The notes below the pieces were generated by a model. That model saw only the letters and a program-made list of their open reading frames with translations. It ran no database searches and had not been told where the DNA came from. Of a DNA stretch of 64,000 nucleotides, positions 14,128-28,871 are shown piece by piece. The position numbers were made by a program, and so were the translations under genes. How positions within the stretch are numbered: position 1 is the first letter of the stretch; each line of letters starts with the position of its first letter. The stretch lies in NCBI GenBank assembly GCA_951406725.2, contig OX597826.1, positions 11,532,001-11,596,000 on the forward strand, written 5' to 3'. Origin of the DNA: Octopus vulgaris (Eukaryota).

Positions 14128-14592
14128 GAAATAGCAGCAAAATCTTCCCTTAAATTACACCCTGACATCTGAAAAAAAACCGCAACAAAACAAGCAACAA
14201 AAAACAAAGCAACAACTTTGAATGGCGTATTCCTAGTGTATTATGGAGTGGTAGAAATAACAGCAAATTCTTCCCTCAAAAGGCGATCTAATATCTATGT
14301 CTCTCTAAAGTATTTTCATAAGTTTGTCCCAAACGTTCACATTTGTTTCCACCCTTTTAGTTAAAGTCTTCTTTCACTTGCTCTGAGTAATATAAAGCTT
14401 GCCTTTCATAAGCCCCAGGTTACTGTAGCGTTTAAAAAAATGGGAATGTACCTCAAGCATGATGCCTGGGCTCTAGGAAAATATGATATACGGGATAGGT
14501 AAAGGTTAAAAATAAAGAACACTTGGATAGTGTGTTCGAAATGTATTGTACTCTTTACTCTTTACTCTCTTTTACTCTTTTACTTGTTTCAG

Positions 14593-14700
<108 letters not shown>

Positions 14701-14770
14701 GGGAATAAATCCAAACTTACAGGGAAAAATTAGATTTAGGATTAAATCCAATTTTATAGTATAAATATAT

Positions 14771-14916
14771 TATATTATATTAAATTAGAGATAAAACCAA
14801 ATCAAACAGTGAAAAACATAAGCCAATACATAAAATTAATTTAAAAATATAAAAGTTAAAAATTAAAAAATTATTTAAATAATTTAAACTTATAAATTTT
14901 AAATATATATATACAA

Positions 14917-14950
<34 letters not shown>

Positions 14951-15220
14951 ATAAATATCAAAAGTATTAAAAGTTTAATAAAAGATAGAGTGTTTTACTC
15001 TTTATCTTTTATTAAACTTTTAATACTTTTGATAATTATATATAAAAAAAATACATACATATATATATATATATATATAAATATTTAAAATTTTTAAGTT
15101 TAAATTATTTAAATAATTTTTTTATTTTTAACTTTTATATTTTTAAATTAATTTTATGTATTGGCTTATGTTTTTCACTGTTTGATTTGCCTAATTTAAT
15201 ATGGTTTTATCTCTAATTTA

Positions 15221-15230
<10 letters not shown>
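14771..15230. repeat. AT-rich long palindrome, ~220-bp arms
   Basis: aaatcaaacagtgaaaaacataagccaatacataaaattaa... mirrored around ~14993. Confidence 0.9.
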
Positions 15231-15252
<22 letters not shown>

Positions 15253-15257
15253 CACTA

Positions 15258-15294
<37 letters not shown>

Positions 15295-15510
15295 GGAATA
15301 AGAAAATGGAGGAGAACAATAGGTGGTTCATCAACTTTTAGACATTATATTGTTATTTATTTATTCACTAAACTGATAATTACAATAATATACATACATA
15401 TAACATATTATGCTTTACATATAAGATATAAAATATAGTTATATATAAGGACACCAGTAATTATTATTAAAAAAAAACATGAATATAAATTGGGATATAT
15501 ATATATATAT

Positions 15511-16068
<558 letters not shown>

Positions 16069-16109
16069 ACATATATCAATATTAGTGCAATTGTAATAGC
16101 AGTCATGTT

Positions 16110-16317
16110 CTGTTACTCGACCAGAAGAAAATCCTAACTGGGCCCCACATGCAAGGTCATGTGCTGTTTATCTTGATATGAGATTACCATGTCGCGCACA
16201 TATGGTTGTTATGCATGTGCCTAGTGTACCCTTATCAGACGCGTAGTCAAGATGGGTATACTGGACTTCGTATATTTTATCCCAGTGTCACTTTGATGGC
16301 ATGCACTGCTCTCTCTC

Positions 16318-16377
<60 letters not shown>

Positions 16378-16390
16378 TGCAATAATAATA
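16110..16390 (+). mobile_element. Retroposon 3' fragment with an (AAT)n tail
   Basis: GC-richer block ending directly in ctctcaataataat...; I recall it as a common octopus repeat tail. Confidence 0.5.
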
Positions 16391-18705
16391 AAGTTGTGGC
16401 CTTACACGTTTACGAGAAATTACTGCTATAAGAAAATAATTTAGTATAAATTAGGAATTAAGGAGTCACACAAACTAACGGGGAGAAACCAACATAGAGT
16501 TGATATTGATATGTGGTGATAGAGTTAACTGAAATAGGACGGCCATATCATCGAATAAGCGTTCTGTTGTTATTGATCAAATTGACTTTATTGTCAATGA
16601 TAGAATCAATAAAAATAGAGCTGTGGTATTATCATTTATTCTTGTATGAGGAATCGAATTCGGCACCAACTTGATACCAGCTTAGCTAGCTAGCTCAACT
16701 CTTTTTTTCAGCCTTTCTTTATGACACCTACTAATAGGGGACTGGACTACTTGTTTTTAAGAAGGTCAATGCAACAACAGTCGACAGTTGGTATCCAGTC
16801 TTTGTCGGAACACTGGGCTCGAACCGGTTAATTTTCGCCTCGCTGGATTTGTAGAAATAAAATACCAGAGAAAATAGAGAAGCACGTTCATGATTAAATG
16901 ATTGAAGAACTATGTAGAAATATGATGTTGCGATGTTCATGACTCTCCGAAAGTTGTCGAAGACATTTACGAAGAAGTAGGTAAGACGAGTTTAACAAGA
17001 TATTTGTGGATCAGTCGGAGATTCAACGACAGCAAAATTTCCTGCTGTCAAACTCAGCTCAACTAAAATTGAAATAGTTTAATTAGTTTCGGGTCAAACG
17101 TCAACGTCTAAGGGGGATAACTCGGCGGAATGTCATATATACATATACATGTATACTAACACAGATTACACGTGCATATTTGAATATACATACACACACA
17201 CCCGCATAAAATTCACTAAAACTCACACATTCGCATACAGCACAGTAAAACACGCACACACGTACACAAATACACACAAGCGTGTGTATTTTTACGCATA
17301 CATTAAAAATATTTAATTTATGTTAAATTATGTGGCATTGTGATTATATATAAATAACTTTATGAGGGCGCTGTCGGCAGAATCTTTTGCGTGTTAGAGA
17401 AACTGTGTTAGAGAAACTGTCGGGCCTTATCTACTTACCTTCTTTTACGTCTCCGTATATGTTCCAAGTTCAAATCACACTGGCGTCAATTTTGTCTTCC
17501 AATCTTCTGAGATCGATGAAATTATGAACCAGTCAAGAACTAGAATCGATATAGCCCATTACACCCTACTGTCATGGGGAGTATTATAAAATCATTTCTA
17601 TACACAAAACAGATGTTATAATACGCATCATCTTTTACTGCTGTGTGTCTTTGTTTTTGTTTTTTAATTTTTTTAACTGAATTAAATATGTAAAAGCTAA
17701 TTTCTTTTGGCTAACTAGTAGTCCTGTATTTTAGGGAAGGGCACATTTGGAGGATTTTGTGGTTTTGTATTTCAAGATATTTGCTGCAGGAAGATAGTAT
17801 AAATTTAGCGAAGTATCAGTGTTCACCTTTACGTAAATTTAACCTTTGAAATTCGGGGTCCACCAGAGGTGAGTTTTGTAACGAATATCGGTTACTCAGT
17901 ATGGCCATGAAATGGTTATTTAATCAGCGAAGTTTTATATGCACGTAGGAAAGAGAAATGAAGATTACGTTTTTCGTAATCTTTCTCAGGAAAATAAACA
18001 TTGTAAATAAACATATTCCAAGTGAGAATTGAAATAATATCACTGATTCTGTTCGCCGTAAAGTCATCGACTCAACACTCATTATTAATTAAGTTCTCAC
18101 TCACCTCAGAAACCAGATAGAAACAAAATAAAATGGAAGAAAAAAAAACTAAACAAGTAAAGAGGAAAAGTTGATCAGTCTGACAAAAATTAATTGATTT
18201 CATTGATTTTATTCATAATTTGAAAATCTTTTATACAATTTCGGAATATTTATAGTATTTTTGTAACCCCAGAAACCTCGAACATGAAAAGAAACAACAA
18301 ACCAGACGAGAAAAATGAATTTGTAAGATTTGTTCCCAATTCCACGATCTTAGAGAAAGTCTCATTAAGTCAGCATCTCGTCTTTAATTTGTTTATTTAT
18401 TTAGATATTTATTTTCATATTTTATGCCATTTTGTTTTATTTATTATTGCTTACTTTTTTCTACTGCAAAACCCAAAGAGAAAAAAAAAAGGGGGAGGGT
18501 CGCGGTTGGAACATGCACACGCAGACACACGTTCGTATATAGACAAAGAAAAAAAATGAAGAAACTGCAGAGAGAACGGTGGTTAACAGACAATAAGGAA
18601 AGTAAACCGCAGAATACAAACAACAGCAACAACAAGAACAAAAAATAACCACAAAGAATAATGGGAGGTTAAAGAAAAAACGAAAGACCTTCGCTTCTTT
18701 GAAAG

Positions 18706-18777
18706 GTCGGTATTTCGTGGAAAGGACAAATCGTGTGGACTGGAACGTCGGTTTGAATAAACTGTCATTGATACCAT
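18706..18777 (+). CDS. Candidate 72-nt phase-1/phase-1 exon (xRYFVERTNRVDWNVGLNKLSLIP)
   Basis: cttcgcttctttgaaag|...CCAT|gtaatt. The frame is open and joins in frame to the exon at 19076. Splice sites are only moderate. Confidence 0.3.
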
Positions 18778-19075
18778 GTAATTACAATATCGAAATAAAT
18801 AAATAATAACATAAAGCTAACACAACGAAACAACACAAACATACAGACACACGTAAAAATACATCTAATATAACTTTGTAATATGAAAAGGAAAAAAAAT
18901 TGGGGGGAAAAAAATGTAGAATAAAGAGAGCGACTCTAAAGGAGAAACAAATTTTCCTGTATTTGTCAACCTTAAATAAAGAAACAAAATGGTGAACTTC
19001 CCTAATCTTCATTTTATTCTCTTTGTCTTTTTCTATGTTGTGGTTTATATTTTCCCTCCGTTTTGTTTGTTTCAG

Positions 19076-19152
19076 GTTCAAAGGCAAAAGTATTAAATAG
19101 AGGCGATGGATCAATCGCGAGCGTCGAGGACGATGATATGGCATTCCCCTGA
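19076..19152 (+). CDS. Candidate terminal coding exon of an unidentified gene (xSKAKVLNRGDGSIASVEDDDMAFP*)
   Basis: Long polypyrimidine tract ending ttgtttgtttcag|G, then a GC-richer phase-1 open frame to TGA, followed by T-rich UTR-like unique sequence. Confidence 0.45.
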
Positions 19153-20933
19153 ATTACAATGTTTCCAGCCTCTCTTTTCTTATTCCTTACGTTCTTCTTT
19201 CTTCTTTCCTTTTGTCTTTTCCATTTTTTTCCTTTATTCTTTCCATATTTATCTTCCTCTTCATATCATTTTAACAATTAAGGGCGCCCAACGATTCAAA
19301 AAAAATCTTCCTTTATTGCCAATCTCTTTCATTTCGTTGTCTTCATCTTTTATTTGGTACATCCCTCAAATAATGCAGTACTAACTAGTAGGTCTCTTTA
19401 CTTCTATTTCTCCTTACCCTCTCACTATCTTAGTCTCCTTGGTGCCTCGGACATCCACGTGTATTAGATATTGTACCTTTGGAGTGTCGAATTCTTTGCT
19501 TGCCTCAGCTTCCTCTCAATGTCCGATTATACAGTAATAGGAAGCCAAGAACTTAGTAGCTATTTTGCCCCAAGCTAAATTCTATTATTATATTGATAAC
19601 ATCAGTTTCTCCAACCGAATCCGCTGGCTATAGAAAATAACTATAATTTTCATCTTGAGATTTCAATTGTAATTTGAACGCAGCTTCCTAGCCGATGAGT
19701 TTCAAATGACTTTAATAACTGATAAAGTATATTATAACGGGGAAAAAATATAAGTGGAATTTCCCTGATTAGACTACTTTCAATAGTCATATTGAGAATG
19801 GAAGAAAAAAGGAGGAAATATAGAAATATATTAAGATTCTCACTAAATTTCCAGCAATAAAAGTTACAGGCACCTACATGTATGCACATACATTCACGTA
19901 TTACAAAAACGTGCACACACACATGCGCGCGCGCCCACAAACACACACACATCTTATAAATAAACAGACATATTGAAGGAAAATTAATTTCAAGACAGCC
20001 ATTTTGTACAAGTTTTATCTCGCTCAATTTTAAGAACTGAACTTCCCGGCGCCATTTTAGTTTGTTATTCATTTCCACTTATAAAATCAATGCACGATTT
20101 TTTTCTTTTCAATGAATTGAAGATTTGAAACTTATTCTTCAGAACCTTGTATTACATTAAAACAACAACAACGACAACAACAGCAACATCAATAATATCG
20201 ACAAAAGCAACAACGAAATCATCTAAAAAATGTGAGACAAACAAAACGGCCATTTTCATATAGATATATATCTTGGCAGCTTTATTCATACATAAGTATT
20301 GTTCTAAAATTAGACAGTTCACGCATTAGAAAACAAATTTGCCGCAACCTGACAAAAAGATGTTTTAATAAGCTGCAAATCTAAAAAGTTTCCAAGCAAA
20401 AATATAAATTTATACATTTATTTCATGTCATATGATAATGATAAAATAATTTTAAATATTGGACGGATATATATGAGCTAACAAATTTATTAATACACAA
20501 ATAGTTATACATATATACATACTAGTTAAACACCAATATAGAAAATAGTCTAATAACAGTAAAACATGTATTTCAAAGGGTCTCAGCAGCTTATAAGTAA
20601 GCTGAAATGGTTTTAAGTGTGATCGAAATTAACGGAGAAAATCGGCCCGTTGGAAGAAACCCTGCATTTTCAGCACTCCTACGAAACGTTAATATTGTCT
20701 AAACGTGCGGGCAGTGTGCTGTGTTATTGAATAAAACACTTCTTTCGCGTGGTTTCAATCTAATCAGCTGTAAAAATGACTTCCAGTAATAGCTGGGGAA
20801 ATTAATTCTGCAACGGAGCGGCGTCTCGTTCAAGGGAGTGTGTTGCAATCTCAGTCACTTATACCCCATGGAAACCACATTATGCTCTGGCCTTATGAAG
20901 CTTAGGGCTCACGACATCTTAGTCAAAATTTAA

Positions 20934-21163
20934 CCCTTTAGTATTCAGGTTTCTCTGTTAAATATAATGCTTATTTATTCACATTATTTTGAATAGACCA
21001 TGCATTATCATGTAGCTTTGAGATATCAACGATGTGATTGCATACTTTTAGAATGACGTTGTAGGGTAGGTGTGAGAGGCCAAATCTGACAGGTTTGAAC
21101 ATAAAACATATAGAATATTTGGGCCGGATATAGAATATTTGAGCCTGTTTAAATGCTACAGAG
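20934..21163. mobile_element. piggyBac-type MITE
   Basis: ttaa|ccctttagtatt...aatgctacagag|ttaa: TTAA TSD and degenerate CCCTTTAGCATT TIRs. Confidence 0.75.
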
Positions 21164-21324
21164 TTAAACCTAAGGATATAGCCTATTTATCCTAGAATTG
21201 AATATTATTTATGTGACGCGAAGAGGGGTGATAAATTCTAACGCTTCGCCTTTCCTCAAGATATGGAACCTAACTTTTAACTTCCGAGGCTCAGAAATAA
21301 AGTAGCGTTGGACCGGCGGAAGTG

Positions 21325-21540
21325 AAGATGTCGTGGTTAGAGTGCTGCATCGTGATCTTGCAGTCGTGGTTTCAATTCTTGGATCGGGTGACGCTTTGTG
21401 TTCTTAAGCAAAACACTTCCTTTCATGCCGCTCCAGTCCAGTCAGCTGCGACGGACTGGCGTCCCGTTCTCGGGTAATATTATGGTCTCGGCCACTTAAT
21501 CGCCATGGAAACCGGGTAACTGACCATGTGTCCTAGGAAC
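21325..21540 (+). mobile_element. Old tRNA SINE with a V-domain-like segment (related copy at ~20700-20900)
   Basis: cgtggttagagtg...ggtttcaattc head; gcgacggactggcgtcccg and ccatggaaaccggg motifs. Confidence 0.55.
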
Positions 21541-22639
21541 AGGCGGAAACGCTAAAGTGTCGGGCGATGCGTTTGCAATATTTGTCCCAGGTCTTTGCGT
21601 AGTGGCCTACATGAGTAGACGACTTAATCCGTCACTCTGTTTAACTATACCACTGCCTGGCTTTTAGCTGTCTCTGGCAGATTCCAGAAAATGTGGAAAA
21701 GAGCTTCGTCCGTGAGCATCTCGTCTCGATGTGTATCTAGGTTTAGGTTTTCTAGCATGATTTCCTTTTCTTTTCAGGAAATCGGGTGTGATCTGAGAGA
21801 AATCTGGCTGTTGTTTCTAGCAAATTGCCCGCCCATGTAGAGAAACCGTCTGACACATGTCATATTTTAACCTTAGTACAACTTTGTTAAAAAAAAAAAA
21901 GGCGTTTGATCAAAGGCTTTTACGGCTGTGACGACCTGACCTTGTATTAAAAAGACACCGTATATAGGATTACATTATCCGGTGTAACTTCTCTCTCCAA
22001 GACGCTAGCAAATGATTTGAGAGCTATTTGGCTGCTATTTCTAGCAAATCGAGTGACTTCGTAAACGTTCCCCTATTAGATCTATTGCATATTTATTTCA
22101 GATATAGAAATTGCTGACAGGAGTAAATTAGCTGATTACAATGAAACTCCTTTTTGTATGAATAATCTAAGTCTTTTGGCTACAGGAAATAAGGTCGGAT
22201 AATTGTCGAGCTGATGACGGATTTTGAGACAGAAACACGCATCCATGACTGTTCTCTTATCTCCACACAATAAACCTGTTCTTTCCATTAATGGCATGTT
22301 AGCTTCTGGGAATTTCTTGAATCTTGAGAAGATCTACTCTTCTCAAGTGGAACTGGTTTTAATTGCTATTTAGTAATTATGATACATTCTCTAGATGTGT
22401 TGTACGGTATTTGATACACCTGTATTTCCCTATGAAATAACTACTTCCTTAAGAAGAGAAGGGACACCGAAGCGGATTACAAACAGCCGGTGACCCCTAT
22501 ATTGATGTGTTTACACGAGTATAAAGTGTAGCAGTCTGTAGTCGATTCTGACTCAAGACTTGCGTAGCAGTTTGCTTTTCCTCTTGAATAAAAGACAAAA
22601 TCCACTCCAACGGGAAACGAATTGAGGATATGAGGGAGG

Positions 22640-23292
22640 AGGGTAAGTCAATTACATCGACCCAGGTGCTCAGCAGGTTCGTTTTTTATTAAGGCGGCGA
22701 GCTAGCAGAAGCGTTAGCACACCGGGCGAAATGCTTTGCGGTACTTCGTCTGCCGTTACATTGTGAGTTCAAATTCCGCCGAGGTCGACTTTGCCTTTCA
22801 TCCTTTCGGGGTCGATAAATTAAGTACCAGTTACGCACTGGGGGGGGTCAATGTAATCGACATAATACCTATGTCTGTCCTTGTTTGTCCCCTCTATGTT
22901 TAGCCCATTGTGGGTAATAAAGAAATAGGTTCGTATTTTATCGACCTCGAAAGAATGAAAAGTAAAGTCGATATCGTCAGCATTTGAACTCAGAAAGTAA
23001 TGTGTTGAAAGAAATGATACAAATCACTTTCCCCGAGGGGCTAACGATTCCGTCAGCTCGCAGCCTTCTGCTTCATAAATACTGGTTTTAAATTTTGGCA
23101 CAAGGCCAGCAATTTCAGGGTTGGGCTGAGTCGATCACATCGGCCCCAGTGCTCAGCTGGTTCTTAATTTATCGATCCCGAAAGGATGAAAGGCAAAGTG
23201 AACTCCGGTGGAATTTGAACTCAGGGCGTAAAGACGGACAAATGCTGCTAAGCATTTTGCCCGGCGTGCTCACGAGCCTCCAGTTCGCCGCA
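22640..23292. mobile_element. Meta-domain SINE cluster: young + copy (22691-22927) inside an older - copy, plus another - copy
   Basis: TSD-like aggttcgt(t/a)ttttat on both sides of the young copy. Confidence 0.8.
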
Positions 23293-23569
23293 TTCTGCTT
23301 CTTAATTTCTGAGAAACGGTAAAGCAAAGAGAAATCAAACTCAAACTCAAACCCAAACGAAGGAATCAACAAACCAATATCCGTGAATGACTTCAAAATT
23401 TACTTCGAAAGTAAAAAGGATCTGACTTGTAACATCGACTCTGCCAGAACCTCCAGCATGAATTTAAAATAGACTTCGTATTGACAAATGTACCCCAGTT
23501 ATTAAAATATGATAACACGGAAAAAAAAGGGGTGAGATCTGAGCAAATATGTTCTTCATCCCTTATCGT

Positions 23570-23942
23570 TTACTTGTTCCAGTCATCGGACTACGGTCAT
23601 GCTGGAGTACCGTCCGCAAGGCTTTAGTCGAGAACATCGACCCCAATACGCATTTTCAAGTCCAGTACTTATTCTATCGGCCTCTGTGCCGGGGTGCTTG
23701 ATTACGGAGACGTAAACAAACCAACGTTGATCGTTACTCGTTGGTGAGGAACAATCACAAACACGATCCCACACATTTATATACACCGGGCTTCCACACA
23801 CTTTCCATTGACCAAATTCACCCACAAGGTATCAGTCGGCCTGGAGCTGTAGTAGAAGACATTTGTCCAAGGTGCAGCGTAGTGGGACTGAAACCGAGAC
23901 CGCAAAATTGCAAAAGAGATTCTTAACCACAGAGCTATACCT
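23570..23942 (-). mobile_element. CORE-type SINE
   Basis: Reverse complement of the family sequence, diverged. Confidence 0.75.
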
Positions 23943-24028
23943 TTGGCTACACATAATGACACGCGCGGCGCGCACGCGTACATGTATTTAAAGTGAGAAA
24001 AAGGGAGATAGATAGATTAGTAGGTACC

Positions 24029-24034
24029 TGTATG

Positions 24035-24068
<34 letters not shown>

Positions 24069-24396
24069 TGTTTGTATGTATGTATGTATGTATGTATGTA
24101 TGTATGTATGTATATATATATGTATGTATGTATATATGTATGTATGTATGTATATATATATGTATGTATGTATATATGTATGTATGTATATATGTATGTA
24201 TGTATGTATGTATATATGTATGTTTGTATGTATATATGTATGTATATATATATGTATGTATGTATATATATATGTATATATATATGTATGTATGTATATA
24301 TGTATATATATGTATGTATGTATATATGCATGTATGTATATATGTATATATATGTATGTATGTATATATGTATGTATGTATATATGTATGTATGTA

Positions 24397-24429
<33 letters not shown>

Positions 24430-24544
24430 ATATATATATATATATATATATGTATTTATGTATGTAAGTATGTATATATATATATGTATTTATGTATGTA
24501 AGTATGTATATATATATATATATATATATATTTATGTATGTAAG

Positions 24545-24579
<35 letters not shown>

Positions 24580-24692
24580 GTATGTAAGTATGTATATATA
24601 TATATATGTATGTATGTATGTATGTATATATATGTATGTATGTATGAATGTATGTATGTATGTATATATATATATATGTATGTATATATGTG

Positions 24693-24724
<32 letters not shown>

Positions 24725-24825
24725 GTATATATACATATATAGTATGTATGTATATATATACATGTATGTATGTGTGTGTATATATATACATGCATACATA
24801 CATACATACATACATACATATGTGT
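24029..24825. repeat. (TA)n/(TATG)n compound microsatellite
   Basis: Direct inspection. Confidence 0.98.
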
Positions 24826-25378
24826 AGGTGAATGTACGTAGGTATGTGCAAGTATACATATATTTGCATAAACGCTCACTTAGGCACAGACATAAACCCA
24901 CACAGAAACACACACAGAGACACACGTCTTCACATATACACACACGGTCACACACACACACACAGGGTTAAGACTGTGTTATAGCACATAACTCACCTAT
25001 CATACTAAAGAATGCCAGGACATGTTTTATGAAAAAAAAATACTAATCTTAGAATCTGGGCAAATTACTTGAAGACTTCCATGCCAGTTGTAACTATACG
25101 CCAAGAGTTATATCAGCTAAACTACAGATCATCTAAATATCTCACTAGGTGGCCTCAATTACCATAAATGCTGATGGACATTAAAGCGAATATCATGGTT
25201 TAAATTAGGATTTTAAAATCGAAATTCGATTCTGACAAGTAATGAGATATTTATTTTGACATTCATGTATAGCTAAAACGTTCGTCTCATACCTACTTTA
25301 TTCTCTGAGTTCTTCTTGAAATCTTACTGCATGTACGTGTATGTCTGAGGATATGTGTGTGTGTGTATATATATACAC

Positions 25379-25418
<40 letters not shown>

Positions 25419-25499
25419 TTGTGAGTGTGTGCGTGTACATATGCATATATATATGTTTACATTCATATATATATATATAGTTACACATACATATATATG

Positions 25500-25530
<31 letters not shown>

Positions 25531-26279
25531 ATGTGTGTGTGTGTGTGTATATCTCAATCTGTCTATCAATCTATATATGAATATATATATGTGTACATAC
25601 ATATGTACACGTCTGGGTGTAAAAACCTCAAAGCATCCATATATACATATGCATGCATACGCACACTATATATATATATATACACACACACATTCATATA
25701 TATTCTATATATATACACGCATATATATATGCTTTTAATAGTTTTTTTCTACTTTTTATTTTTATTTCCATTTATCTTTTCTGGTATTTCTTTCATATTC
25801 CACGTTGATGGTTTAATTTGCAAATCGTACCAATTTTCTATTTAACTTTCTAAGCAAATACCCGCAAAAGACCAAGGTTTATTATATAACTGAAGGATTT
25901 GCTCCAAGCACTTTCAATACATACAATTACGGCAAGTGACAAAAGATATGAAATGATATTATGTCTAGCAATCAAAATGGTGGAAAGATGAATCAAGATG
26001 GCGTTCGCATGAATCAAAATGTTTAGGACCCCACAGTGAGAAAAAAATTGCTTTTTTTTTCTCTTTCGGAAAAATAATGATCCAATACAGAAGAAATATA
26101 TATATTTTGCTTCAATCGAAAAGGTAAGGCCTCGAAGCTAAGTAGGGCTCTTTCTTCCGTTTCCGTAGAATAATCCGTTTTGGAAAATAACTCTACATGT
26201 CTATGTAAGAACTATTATTAGCGGAGAATAACGACGTTCCATTACACGAAGAAAATATTAATAAATTTAATAGCTCTCC

Positions 26280-26362
<83 letters not shown>

Positions 26363-28075
26363 AACGGTTCTTCTATCTTACACACACACACATACACACA
26401 CACACACGCACGCACTCACACTAAATAAAACACACACACTTTCTCTCTCTTTATCGCTTTCTTTCTCCCTCCGTGTTTCTTTTTTGCATATATACCCAAT
26501 AGTATATATCTTTATATTATTGGGTATATGCAGAGTAGTTCTTTTCACCAAGTTATATTAGACCCAGCGGTATTCTCAATATGTATTTATGAATACGTGT
26601 ATGTTATTATATGTGTGTGTTTGTGTGTGTATATATAAACGTATGTATGTTTCTACGTATATACATATATATATATATATAAATACACATTCATATATAT
26701 ATATATATATATGCACACATATATATGCATTCATGTCCCTCTCTTTGTCTCTGTATATATATATATATTATGAAGGAGAGCGTCTAGCATGAAATCAGTA
26801 AATGAAAGTATAAATCAATGTATGCAAGTACAAATAAACCCCTTCAGAATACCCCTTGTGTACACATTATAGTCATGTATAAAGATACCCTCAGTGATTC
26901 TTTTCCCACAAAACCCTCTTGATTTTTCTCTTATCTCTCTCAATATAGCGACCAAGTTAGCTAACCCCTGTACTTACCAGTCACCTCAGCCCATACCTAA
27001 TGTCCCTTACTATGGAAGCATGTGACAATGTATACTCTCCTTGCAGGAAAACTCAGAAGAGATTCTGTGAGTGATCTTGTCAGACCATTTAACTGGTCCT
27101 TATGTATTACCGTTCTGATTTACAACTTAAAGAAACTTTGAAATGAATTTGCTTGCAAGTCTTCGATCATATTTAGTAGAAGAAACCTTTGCTTCAGTTG
27201 TATATCTTTAGATTCCAACAACGTCTCTTATCTTAGACCGAATATTTCCTCTGGGATCGTTTCATGTTCCATCAAATTTTCATGACACATAGGCTGTCTT
27301 CCCCATATTTTCTCATCTTATATAGCAATGTTTAGCTTACTGATTCATACAAGAGCATATAAAATGAGGTTACCTTCACTCCATCTACAGTGGTTGTCAC
27401 TATCGGTCAAAGTGCCGGCCATACATCTGTATATGTATGTGTACAGCCTGGCAAGATTTTTTTTTGAGGAAGACTATCAGTTGTCCATGCATGAAAGTTT
27501 TACCTGTCCACGCTGTCGATGTTTATCCTAGAGAAAAGCATCTTACTTGGTTTGAAACAACTTGGTACTAGCGTCGTATCAGACATTGCTGACATAGAGA
27601 AAAAAAAGAACAGAACGGGGACCAAAAGTCATCTTGATCGACTTTCAACTAGTTCCTCTAAACCCACCGCCCTGTATTGGTACTCAACCACTACAACTCA
27701 GATATTTTCAAGCCAAACATATGCTACTTCCGTGAAAAACAAACGACAAAATATCCTCAGACGCAAACGTATGATATCGTTCATTAGTTATAGAATACAT
27801 CCTTACCACTTAACAAAGCATAGTTACAAACATCCCCTACTAATTAAAAAACCTGAACTGAAATTTTTGCAAACTTTTACAGATGCTAAACTTATCACTT
27901 CTCATTGTTACTTATTAGGATTGAGATGTATTCAACGAGGCTCATACTTGCTTCTTTAGAGTCGGAAATATACATCAGTCTACATACACTGTCAAAGCTG
28001 TGCAAAATGTTTGGATTGAAAATATCTGGAAAGTGCACTTTAATGGGGGTGCAGTCATAATAAATACATATATAA

Positions 28076-28530
28076 AGGCGGCGAGCTGGCAGAATCGTTA
28101 ACACATCGAAGGCGGCGAGCTGGCAGAAACGTTAACGCGCCCGGCGAAATGCTTAGCGGTATTTCGTCCGCCGTTACTTTCTGAGTTCAAATTCCGCCGA
28201 GGTCAACTTTGCCTTTCATCCTTTCGGGGTCGATTAAATAAGTACCTGTTACGCACTGGGGGTCAATATAATCGACTTAATCCGTTTGTCTGTCCTTGTT
28301 TCTTCCCTCTGTGTTTAGCCCCTTGTGGGTAGTAAAGAAATAAGAATCTTTAACACGTCGACAAAATGCCCAGCTGAACTTGTGATTCATTACATTCTCA
28401 GTAGAGCCAGGGTCGACCTTGCTTTTTCATCCTTTCAGAGTCAATAAAATAGATACAAGTTGAACAATGAGTTTTCTGTAATCGACTAACCCCTTACACC
28501 TAAAATTAATAACCGTGTACCAAAACTTAA
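28076..28530 (+). mobile_element. Young Meta-domain SINE nested in the head of an older copy
   Basis: Duplicated agaatc(g/t)ttaacac(a/g)tcg on both sides of the young copy. Confidence 0.8.
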
Positions 28531-28807
28531 AACAATTACAAATACATACATGTGTGTGTAAGAGAGAGAAAGTGTACTTGTGTGTGTATGCATGTGTGCG
28601 TATGTGCGTCAGTGTGTGTGAACCAGGTTCGCATCCCTATAATAGGAATTTAGCAAAGTGCTTCGTAATATTAGGTTTAGAGCATGCTTTTCTGGTAATT
28701 TATCCTGCACAGAATCGAGGGAACTGGCCTTATGAGTCTATGGTTCGGGAAGGCCCTTCGGTCCTTTTTGAAACACTGACACGCACACACACATGCGCGC
28801 GCGCGCG

Positions 28808-28868
<61 letters not shown>

Positions 28869-28871
<3 letters not shown>

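Noticed and set aside
16921-16986. Strong donor GTAG|gtaaga with frame DSPKVVEDIYEEV
   Set aside because: In-frame stop just upstream and no suitable acceptor or ATG.
22212-22250. ctgatgacgg...agaaacacgcatcc hammerhead-like motif
   Set aside because: Stems II and III are mismatched; at most a decayed copy.
27040-27959. Possible decayed Penelope GIY-YIG coding remnant and ORF 27519-27959
   Set aside because: No motif could be read with confidence; it needs a tBLASTx search.
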